DNA of 64,000 nucleotides from Escherichia coli (GTDB lineage Bacteria; Pseudomonadota; Gammaproteobacteria; Enterobacterales; Enterobacteriaceae): NCBI RefSeq assembly GCF_017348835.2, contig NZ_CP071375.1; one strand, 5' to 3'. Shown piece by piece: positions 53,539 to 64,000 of this stretch (position 1 is its first letter; each line of letters starts with the position of its first letter). The notes under the pieces were generated by a model. It saw only the letters and a program-made list of their open reading frames with translations, ran no database searches and was not told where the DNA came from. The position numbers and the translations under genes were made by a program.

Positions 53539-54766
53539 TTATCCTTTTACGCACACCACCTGACGTAGGGTGTAGATAACTTCCACCAGATCGCTTTGTG
53601 CCGCCATCACCGCATCAATATCTTTATACGCCATCGGGATTTCGTCGATCACTTCGGCATCTTTACGGCATTCCACATGCGCGGTGGCACGAATTTGGTC
53701 TTCCACGCTGAACAGTTTTTTCGCTTTAGTTCGGCTCATTACCCGCCCGGCACCGTGGCTGCACGAACAGAACGACTCTTCATTTCCCAGTCCACGAACG
53801 ATAAAGCTTTTTGCCCCCATCGAACCGGGAATAATTCCATATTGACCAGCACGCGCAGACACCGCGCCTTTACGCGTCACGTAGATCTCTTCACCAAAGT
53901 GCTGTTCTTTTTGCACATAGTTGTGGTGACAGTTGATCTCTTCCATCGCCAGCGTTTGTGGCTGTCTGACCGTTTTCTGCGTAATGCTCTGCAACGCCGT
54001 TACCACGTTTTCCATCATCGCATCGCGGTTAAGGCTGGCGAAAAGCTGCGCCCAGGCCACGGCTCTTAGGTAATCATCAAAGTATTCCGTACCTTCCATA
54101 AAGTACGCCAGATCACGCGACGGCAACGTCTCAAGTTGGTCCTGCATCTCTATTTTGCGCCAGATCGATAAAGTAAGTCCCGATGGCATTACCAATTCCG
54201 CGTGAACCGGAGTGCAGCATAATCCACACCTGGTCCGACTCATCAAGGCAGATTTCAATAAAGTGGTTACCCGTTCCCAGCGTTCCCAGGTGTTTATAGT
54301 TGTTAGTGTTAAGGAAACGCGGATATTTTTGCGTTAACCACTGATAACCGGCTTCCAGCTCAGCCCATTTCGCATCGACGTTAACAGGCGGATTTTCCCA
54401 TGCACCTTTATCACGTTTACAACGTCCGGTAGTACGCCCGTGCGGCACCGCAGTTTCAATCGCCTGACGCAGCTCCGCCAGGTTTTCCGGCAGGTCAGCC
54501 GCCGTTAAAGCGGTACGTAGTGCGTTCATTCCACAGCCAATATCCACGCCCACCGCCGCCGGAATAATCGCCCCTTTGGTCGGGATCACGCTACCAATGG
54601 TGGAACCTTTACCCAGGTGTACATCAGGCATTACCGCAATATGTTTGAAAATAAACGGCATCTTCGCCGTATTAATAAGTTGCTGACGCGCATCGGCTTC
54701 TACCGGCACGCCTTTGGTCCACATTTTTACCGGGGCATTTTCAGTGGTCAGTAATTCGTAATTCAT
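53539..54766 (-). pseudogene. rtcB: RNA-splicing ligase RtcB split by a +1 frameshift
   Basis: N-terminal 203 aa in ORF 54131-54766 and C-terminal ~205 aa in ORF 53539-54258, overlapping in different frames; junction near 54150 (context CTCTATTTTG). Confidence 0.8.
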
Positions 54767-54802
54767 TTTGTTTTTCTCTTTTCGTTGGTATGTCCTGATA
54801 AT

Positions 54803-54818
54803 TGCAACCGTCGTGCCA
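54803..54818 (-). promoter_or_regulatory. Sigma-54 (-24/-12) promoter of rtcBA
   Basis: Minus strand reads TGGCACGACGGTTGCA (TGGCAC-N5-TTGCA) ~35 bp upstream of rtcB start; divergent rtcR encodes the cognate sigma-54 activator. Confidence 0.8.
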
Positions 54819-54952
54819 GAAAATCAAATAAGCAGATTAATTTTTTAATTCATTGTTTTAAAAAAGATTATATCTTTACGTCCGTAACCGGAGATTTCCC
54901 GCAAAGCCGATTTACCGATAATGAAATATCGTCTTTTATAAGGATATCTAAG

Positions 54953-56551
54953 ATGCGTAAAACAGTGGCTTTTGGCTTTGTCGGAACGGTGCTGGATTAT
55001 GCCGGGCGCGGCAGTCAGCGCTGGTCGAAATGGCGTCCGACGCTTTGTTTATGCCAGCAAGAATCGTTGGTCATCGATCGACTGGAATTATTGCATGACG
55101 CCCGCTCGCGCTCGCTATTTGAAACGCTTAAACGCGATATCGCCAGCGTTTCGCCAGAAACAGAAGTGGTGAGCGTTGAGATTGAACTGCATAACCCGTG
55201 GGATTTCGAAGAGGTTTACGCCTGCCTGCATGATTTCGCCCGTGGTTACGAGTTTCAGCCAGAAAAAGAAGACTATTTAATTCACATCACCACCGGCACC
55301 CACGTCGCGCAGATTTGCTGGTTTCTGCTGGCGGAAGCGCGTTACCTGCCCGCCCGGTTGATACAATCTTCACCTCCGCGCAAAAAAGAACAACCGCGCG
55401 GCCTAGGTGAAGTGACGATTATCGATCTCGATTTAAGCCGTTATAACGCCATCGCCAGCCGCTTTGCCGAGGAACGCCAGCAAACGCTTGATTTTCTTAA
55501 GTCCGGTATTGCCACGCGTAACCCCCACTTCAACCGCATGATTGAGCAGATTGAAAAAGTGGCGATTAAATCCCGCGCACCGATCCTGCTAAACGGCCCA
55601 ACCGGTGCGGGCAAGTCATTTCTGGCGCGACGTATATTTGAATTAAAACAGGCGCGGCATCAGTTTAGCGGCGCGTTTGTGGAAGTGAACTGCGCAACCC
55701 TGCGCGGCGATACCGCCATGTCGACGCTGTTTGGTCATGTGAAAGGCGCGTTTACCGGGGCGCGGGAATCTCGTGAAGGATTATTACGCAGCGCCAACGG
55801 CGGAATGTTGTTTCTTGATGAGATTGGCGAACTGGGCGCAGACGAACAGGCAATGCTGCTTAAAGCCATTGAAGAAAAAACCTTTTATCCGTTTGGCAGC
55901 GATCGCCAGGTGAGCAGTGATTTTCAGCTTATCGCCGGAACGGTGCGTGATTTGCGCCAGCTGGTTGCCGAAGGAAAATTTCGCGAAGACCTGTACGCGC
56001 GGATCAATCTCTGGACCTTCACCCTGCCGGGGCTACGCCAGCGCCAGGAAGATATTGAACCTAACCTGGATTATGAAGTGGAGCGTCACGCCGGGCTTAC
56101 CGGCGACAGCGTGCGTTTTAACACCGAAGCGCGGCGCGCCTGGCTGGCCTTTGCGACATCTCCCCAGGCAACATGGCGCGGTAACTTTCGTGAACTTTCT
56201 GCCAGCGTCACGCGGATGGCGACGTTTGCCACGAGCGGACGCATTACTCTGGAAGTGGTTGAAGATGAGATAAACCGTCTGCGCTATAACTGGCAGGAGA
56301 GCCGCCCCTCCGCGCTTACGCAGCTACTGGGCGCAGAGGCAGAAAACATCGATCTCTTCGACCGTATGCAACTGGAACACGTTATCGCAATCTGCCGCCA
56401 GGCAAAGTCGCTTTCCGCAGCCGGACGCCAGCTTTTTGACGTTTCGCGCCAGGGCAAAGCCAGCGTCAATGACGCGGATCGGCTACGCAAATACCTGGCG
56501 CGTTTTGGTCTGACGTGGGAAGCCGTGCAGGATCAGCACAGCTCCAGTTGA
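54953..56551 (+). CDS. rtcR: Sigma-54-dependent transcriptional activator RtcR
   Basis: ORF 54785-56551; start placed at [11 protein letters not shown] giving 532 aa; AAA+ Walker A GPTGAGKS and GAFTGA motif. Confidence 0.9.
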   Translation: MRKTVAFGFVGTVLDYAGRGSQRWSKWRPTLCLCQQESLVIDRLELLHDARSRSLFETLKRDIASVSPETEVVSVEIELHNPWDFEEVYACLHDFARGYEFQPEKEDYLIHITTGTHVAQICWFLLAEARYLPARLIQSSPPRKKEQPRGLGEVTIIDLDLSRYNAIASRFAEERQQTLDFLKSGIATRNPHFNRMIEQIEKVAIKSRAPILLNGPTGAGKSFLARRIFELKQARHQFSGAFVEVNCATLRGDTAMSTLFGHVKGAFTGARESREGLLRSANGGMLFLDEIGELGADEQAMLLKAIEEKTFYPFGSDRQVSSDFQLIAGTVRDLRQLVAEGKFREDLYARINLWTFTLPGLRQRQEDIEPNLDYEVERHAGLTGDSVRFNTEARRAWLAFATSPQATWRGNFRELSASVTRMATFATSGRITLEVVEDEINRLRYNWQESRPSALTQLLGAEAENIDLFDRMQLEHVIAICRQAKSLSAAGRQLFDVSRQGKASVNDADRLRKYLARFGLTWEAVQDQHSSS

Positions 56552-57291
56552 ATATGGTGGTCCGTCAGCACCTGCATCACGCTTACTGGCGGCGGGGCGT
56601 CGGTGTAGACGGCATCTACCATGCTGATGCTGCCCATATTGACCATCGCGTTACGGCCAAATTTCGAGTGGTCGACCACCAGCATAACGTGGCGCGAGTT
56701 CTCAATAATGGCGCGCTTGGTGCGAACTTCGTGGTAATCGAACTCCAGCAGCGAGCCGTCGCTATCGATGCCGCTTATCCCCAGAATGCCGAAATCAAGG
56801 CGGAACTGGGAGATAAAATCGAGCGTCGCTTCGCCAATGATCCCGCCATCGCGGCTGCGTAATTCGCCACCGGCGAGAATAATGCGGAAATCTTCTTTTA
56901 CCATCAACGTGTTAGCAACATTGAGATTGTTGGTGACAATACGCAAATTGCTGTGATTAAGCAGCGCGTGCGCCACCGCTTCCGGCGTGGTGCCAATATC
57001 GATAAACAGCGTCGAGCCGTTGGGGATTTGCTCCGCCACTTTACGGGCGATGCGCTCTTTTTCTTCGGTCTGGGTGGCCTTGCGATCGTGCCACGGCGTG
57101 TTAACCGAACTGGAAGGCAGCGCCGCACCGCCGTGATGGCGCAGGATCAGGTTTTGCTCCGCCAGTTCGTTAAGGTCGCGGCGAATAGTCTGCGGGCTGA
57201 CGGAGAAATGCTCTACCAGCTCTTCGGTACTGACATAACCCTGCTGTTTAACCAGTTCGATAATACCGTTGTGACGTTGTGTTTGTTTCAT
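56533..57291 (-). CDS. glpR: Glycerol-3-phosphate regulon repressor (DeoR family)
   Basis: ORF 56533-57342; start placed at MKQTQRHNGIIELVKQQGY giving 252 aa. Confidence 0.9.
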   Translation of the reverse strand: MKQTQRHNGIIELVKQQGYVSTEELVEHFSVSPQTIRRDLNELAEQNLILRHHGGAALPSSSVNTPWHDRKATQTEEKERIARKVAEQIPNGSTLFIDIGTTPEAVAHALLNHSNLRIVTNNLNVANTLMVKEDFRIILAGGELRSRDGGIIGEATLDFISQFRLDFGILGISGIDSDGSLLEFDYHEVRTKRAIIENSRHVMLVVDHSKFGRNAMVNMGSISMVDAVYTDAPPPVSVMQVLTDHHIQLELC

Positions 57292-57307
57292 TTCTAAATC
57301 CCTGGAA

Positions 57308-58150
<843 letters not shown>

Positions 58151-58182
58151 TTATTCCACACAAAAGGGGACAGTATAAAGCG

Positions 58183-58587
<405 letters not shown>

Positions 58588-58647
58588 TTATACATATCAC
58601 TCTAAAATGTTTTTTCAATGTTACCTAAAGCGCGATTCTTTGCTAAC

Positions 58648-58665
58648 ATGTTCGATAACGAACAT
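58648..58665 (+). promoter_or_regulatory. GlpR operator palindrome in glpD promoter
   Basis: ATGTTCGATAACGAACAT perfect palindrome ~35 bp upstream of glpD start. Confidence 0.6.
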
Positions 58666-58698
58666 TTATGAGCTTTAACGAAAGTGAATGAGGGCAGC

Positions 58699-60204
58699 AT
58701 GGAAACCAAAGATCTGATTGTGATAGGGGGCGGCATCAATGGTGCTGGTATCGCGGCAGACGCCGCTGGACGCGGTTTATCCGTGCTGATGCTGGAGGCG
58801 CAGGATCTCGCTTGCGCGACCTCTTCCGCCAGTTCAAAACTCATTCACGGTGGCCTGCGCTACCTTGAGCACTATGAATTCCGCCTGGTCAGCGAGGCGC
58901 TGGCTGAACGTGAAGTGCTGCTGAAAATGGCCCCGCATATCGCCTTCCCGATGCGTTTTCGCCTGCCGCATCGTCCGCATCTGCGCCCGGCGTGGATGAT
59001 TCGGATTGGTCTGTTTATGTACGATCATCTGGGTAAACGCACCAGCCTGCCGGGATCAACCGGTTTGCGTTTTGGCGCAAATTCAGTGTTAAAACCGGAA
59101 ATTAAGCGCGGATTCGAATATTCCGACTGTTGGGTAGACGATGCCCGTCTGGTGCTCGCCAACGCCCAGATGGTGGTGCGTAAAGGCGGCGAAGTGCTTA
59201 CTCGTACTCGTGCTACTTCTGCTCGTCGCGAAAACGGCCTGTGGATTGTGGAAGCGGAAGATATCGATACCGGCAAAAAATATAGCTGGCAAGCGCGCGG
59301 CCTGGTTAACGCCACCGGCCCGTGGGTGAAACAGTTCTTCGACGACGGGATGCATCTGCCTTCGCCTTATGGCATTCGCCTGATCAAAGGCAGCCATATT
59401 GTGGTGCCGCGCGTGCATACCCAAAAGCAGGCCTACATTCTGCAAAACGAAGATAAACGCATTGTGTTCGTGATCCCGTGGATGGACGAGTTTTCCATCA
59501 TCGGCACCACCGATGTGGAATACAAAGGTGATCCGAAAGCAGTGAAGATTGAAGAGAGTGAAATCAATTACCTGCTGAAAGTGTATAACGCGCACTTTAA
59601 AAAACAACTTAGCCGTGACGATATCGTCTGGACCTACTCCGGTGTGCGTCCGCTGTGTGATGATGAGTCCGACTCGCCGCAGGCTATTACCCGTGATTAC
59701 ACCCTTGATATCCATGATGAAAACGGCAAAGCACCGCTGCTGTCGGTATTCGGCGGTAAGTTGACCACCTACCGCAAACTGGCGGAACATGCGCTGGAAA
59801 AACTGACGCCGTATTATCAGGGCATTGGCCCGGCATGGACGAAAGAGAGCGTGCTGCCGGGTGGTGCCATTGAAGGCGACCGCGACGATTACGCAGCTCG
59901 TCTGCGCCGTCGCTATCCATTCCTGACTGAATCGCTGGCGCGTCATTACGCACGCACTTACGGCAGCAACAGCGAGCTGCTGCTCGGCAATGCGGGGGCG
60001 ATAAGCGACCTCGGGGAGGATTTCGGTCATGAGTTCTACGAAGCGGAACTGAAATACCTGGTGGATCACGAATGGGTCCGCCGCGCCGACGATGCCCTGT
60101 GGCGTCGCACAAAACAAGGCATGTGGCTGAATGCGGATCAACAATCTCGTGTGAGTCAGTGGCTGGTGGAATATACGCAGCAGAAGTTGTCGCTGGCGTC
60201 GTAA
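58699..60204 (+). CDS. glpD: Aerobic glycerol-3-phosphate dehydrogenase
   Basis: ORF 58684-60204; start placed at METKDLIVIGGGINGAGIA (FAD fold) giving 501 aa. Confidence 0.95.
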   Translation: METKDLIVIGGGINGAGIAADAAGRGLSVLMLEAQDLACATSSASSKLIHGGLRYLEHYEFRLVSEALAEREVLLKMAPHIAFPMRFRLPHRPHLRPAWMIRIGLFMYDHLGKRTSLPGSTGLRFGANSVLKPEIKRGFEYSDCWVDDARLVLANAQMVVRKGGEVLTRTRATSARRENGLWIVEAEDIDTGKKYSWQARGLVNATGPWVKQFFDDGMHLPSPYGIRLIKGSHIVVPRVHTQKQAYILQNEDKRIVFVIPWMDEFSIIGTTDVEYKGDPKAVKIEESEINYLLKVYNAHFKKQLSRDDIVWTYSGVRPLCDDESDSPQAITRDYTLDIHDENGKAPLLSVFGGKLTTYRKLAEHALEKLTPYYQGIGPAWTKESVLPGGAIEGDRDDYAARLRRRYPFLTESLARHYARTYGSNSELLLGNAGAISDLGEDFGHEFYEAELKYLVDHEWVRRADDALWRRTKQGMWLNADQQSRVSQWLVEYTQQKLSLAS

Positions 60205-60267
60205 ATTAACGTAAGGTGATCAGGTCAGATTTCAATCTGGCCTGAGACTGATGACAAACACAAAATT

Positions 60268-60368
60268 GCCTGATGCGCTACGCTTATCAGGCCTACGTGG
60301 TTTATGCAATATATTGAATTTGCATGATTTTGTAGGCCTGAGAAGGCGTTCACGCCGCATCAGGCATG
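60268..60368. repeat. BIME: two REP palindromic units downstream of glpD
   Basis: GCCTGATGCGCTACGCTTATCAGGCCTAC and GTAGGCCTGAGAAGGCGTTCACGCCGCATCAGGCATG. Confidence 0.6.
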
Positions 60369-60417
60369 AACAACGTGCACTTTGTCAACAATCTGACCTA
60401 CTTTTTGAGTCAGAGAA

Positions 60418-61020
60418 TTACCGTAAAGCCCACGCCATCATACCCAACGTAACAAAACTCAGGCACGTTCCCCACTCACTCCACTTCCGTATCTGGCTTC
60501 TATTTTTGCTACGCCACTGGCAATAATATCCCAACGCAAAACCAAGCTGTGCGCTTATTGGACCGATAAAATCCGTCCACGGCTGAGGCCAAAATGGCGA
60601 AAAATTCAGGGGTAGCCAGACAACAAGCAGAAAGAAATTGCGGATACTTTCCAGCAACGCAATTTTCGCTGGCGCGATGTAAAAAATGATATTCCAGAGG
60701 ATCAACCATAAATAGACCGGTGCGAATACCAACCAACAATGGAGCCTGCTTTTCAATTCAGATTGAGTTCTACGAGTAAATTGCCAACCGACACAACATA
60801 TTACACAGAAAAAAAGCGCATATTCAGCCGATAACCAAAGTTGTAATTGCAGAAGTGAAATACGCCTGATCATGAGCGAGATTGAGAACAGCATTTCCCC
60901 CAGAAAACTCAGCGTGATAATACAAGCAGCCAGTGCAACCACCGTCGGCCACACCAACAACGGTACAATAACAAAGCCGAGAAATAACGGATAAATATAA
61001 AGTCTGATTATATTCATCAT
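60418..61020 (-). CDS. Hypothetical polytopic membrane protein (yzgL-locus gene 2)
   Basis: 200-aa strongly hydrophobic ORF; start overlaps stop of upstream ORF by 1 nt (TAATG). Confidence 0.55.
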   Translation of the reverse strand: MMNIIRLYIYPLFLGFVIVPLLVWPTVVALAACIITLSFLGEMLFSISLMIRRISLLQLQLWLSAEYALFFCVICCVGWQFTRRTQSELKSRLHCWLVFAPVYLWLILWNIIFYIAPAKIALLESIRNFFLLVVWLPLNFSPFWPQPWTDFIGPISAQLGFALGYYCQWRSKNRSQIRKWSEWGTCLSFVTLGMMAWALR

Positions 61021-62552
61021 TATTGTCCTGATGATTCGGGGGATGCTTCATACAGCGGCACATACCCCACATCCTCTACCAACTGTTGCCCCTGCGGACT
61101 TAAAAACCAGTCAACAAATTTCTGCGTTTCCGGCGTGGCATTTTCACGCGTCACCATAAATGCATCGACGATGTACGCATATTTGCCGTTGCGAATGTTT
61201 TCCGCCGTCGGTGTAATATCGTTAATCGCTAGCAATTTTATATTTTTATCAGCATTCATTTGCGTCGCGTAATAGCGGAAGGTATAGCCTATTGCGTTGT
61301 TTGTATTACGATATTCGGCAACGACTTTAATCATTCCCTCCATTACGCTTGCCACTTCGGTTTCCTGCGGCGAGATCATACGGACATTTTTCATGACCTG
61401 TGATTGCATCACCGTCTGGCTGCCAGAGTCTTCCGGGCGTTGCCAGGTCTGGATCTCCTGATCGTTACCGTCAACAGTACGCCAGTTGGTAATTGCACCA
61501 CTGAAAATGTCACGCACCTGTTGTTCAGTCAGAGAATTAACCGGATTATCCGCATTGACGATGAAAACGAATGCTTCACGGGCAAATGGCGTGTATAGCA
61601 AAGTGACGCCCGATTCCTCTGCGCGTTTTTTCTGCCCACCGGAGGGTTGCGCCACAAAAATAATATCGGCATCACCTTTAACAATCCGGTTATATGCATC
61701 GGGGGTACGAGAGTTCTCCAGATATTCCCAGATGTGGAAATCTTCCGGTATAACGCTCAACGCATAAAAGGCAGAGGCATAAATTGGGTACGCCGCCGTA
61801 GCACCATCGAGTCGCGGCCAGTTTTGCGTAAACTGAATTTGCGGTTTACCACGCAGTGGTGTCAGTTGATTATTGAGTTTATCGGGTCGCCAGGCCCAGG
61901 TATCAATATTTTCACGGACACCGACGCCGGGATTAAGCTGTTTATATAAATAAGCCTGGTAACCGGCGACAAAACCAAGCATGAGAAGGATAAACAAGAG
62001 GGAATTACGGCAACGTAACCCGGACGTGCCCGTTAAAAGATGTCTGGTCGGCCAACCGTACCCCAGCGAAAAACTGATATGCGCGCCAACGGGTATAATG
62101 ACTATCCACCAGTACTCACCACCAACTAATGAGACTAACAAAACACCCAGCCAGGGAAGCATAAGATCAGCCAACCAACCCGATCCCATCTGGCGAAATT
62201 GATAATCTGCCAGATGCAGCGCGATTATCCAGCCAATCAGGGTTAATAGTGCGGGTAAGAGAAAAAAGCATTGTCGCCAGGCGGCTATTTCTCTTTTTTC
62301 TGGTGCACTATCGCCCGCCCATACTCGCCCCGAGAAAAATAGCATTATCGCACCCAGCGCCAACATAAAAATGTTAAGCAGAAGGTAAATTGTTGGCGTG
62401 AAGAGTAAATTGCAAACTTCAAGAATGGCGGCAAGCCCGCCCCCCAGCATAGCAACAACCGCTGCCAAAAATTGCGTCAGTATGGGGAGGCCGAAAAAAG
62501 TCATTACCAGCGAGGACAAAATCCATTTTCTGTTTTGCATTATTCTTTCCAT
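61020..62552 (-). CDS. Membrane-anchored protein with C-terminal PstS-like periplasmic phosphate-binding domain (intact counterpart of the K-12 yzgL remnant)
   Basis: 510-aa ORF: hydrophobic N-terminal half, C-terminal half with PBP-type motifs (TEQQVRDIFSGAITNW). Confidence 0.6.
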   Translation of the reverse strand: MERIMQNRKWILSSLVMTFFGLPILTQFLAAVVAMLGGGLAAILEVCNLLFTPTIYLLLNIFMLALGAIMLFFSGRVWAGDSAPEKREIAAWRQCFFLLPALLTLIGWIIALHLADYQFRQMGSGWLADLMLPWLGVLLVSLVGGEYWWIVIIPVGAHISFSLGYGWPTRHLLTGTSGLRCRNSLLFILLMLGFVAGYQAYLYKQLNPGVGVRENIDTWAWRPDKLNNQLTPLRGKPQIQFTQNWPRLDGATAAYPIYASAFYALSVIPEDFHIWEYLENSRTPDAYNRIVKGDADIIFVAQPSGGQKKRAEESGVTLLYTPFAREAFVFIVNADNPVNSLTEQQVRDIFSGAITNWRTVDGNDQEIQTWQRPEDSGSQTVMQSQVMKNVRMISPQETEVASVMEGMIKVVAEYRNTNNAIGYTFRYYATQMNADKNIKLLAINDITPTAENIRNGKYAYIVDAFMVTRENATPETQKFVDWFLSPQGQQLVEDVGYVPLYEASPESSGQ

Positions 62553-62667
62553 TCTTTCTGAATGGCGAAATTATACTCCCCGAGTCCCCTTGCCCCTTCT
62601 GGACACTTTTCCGAAATGATGGCGAAAAAAACGGGACCCTTTGGCCCCGTTCTATTTATTGGTGAAA

Positions 62668-64000
<1,333 letters not shown>

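Noticed and set aside
59089-60144. 351-aa - strand ORF
   Set aside because: Antisense to glpD; shadow ORF

Overview
The window is a 64-kb stretch of an Escherichia coli-type chromosome. Gene content and order match the well-known region yhfS-yhfZ / trpS-gph-rpe-dam-damX-aroB-aroK / hofQPONM / mrcA / nudE / igaA / yrfG-hslR-hslO / yhgE / pck / envZ-ompR / greB / tex / feoABC / yhgA / bioH / gntX / nfuA / gntT / malQ-malP / malT / rtcAB-rtcR / glpR-glpG-glpE / glpD / glgP. Gene identities were recognised by reading the translated ORFs; no database search or alignment was run, and every comparison to K-12 is from memory. Most of the window is conserved core genome with no rRNA, tRNA, CRISPR array or IS element. 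The parts that stand out are: (1) a MazE/MazF-like toxin-antitoxin cassette between yhgA and bioH, whose antitoxin carries an in-frame TAG at codon 27 while the toxin is intact; (2) a second cassette between malT and rtcA, pairing a DUF1778-type antitoxin with a GNAT acetyltransferase toxin; (3) hofP disrupted by an exact 14-bp tandem duplication; (4) rtcB (RNA repair ligase) split by a +1 frameshift although its sigma-54 promoter, rtcR and rtcA look intact; (5) an intact two-gene membrane / PstS-like module between glpD and glgP where K-12 has only the yzgL remnant, so the strain is not K-12. Nothing here looks like a wholly new system; the toxin cassettes are the best candidates, and the pairing of toxins with a broken rtcB is the most speculative lead.
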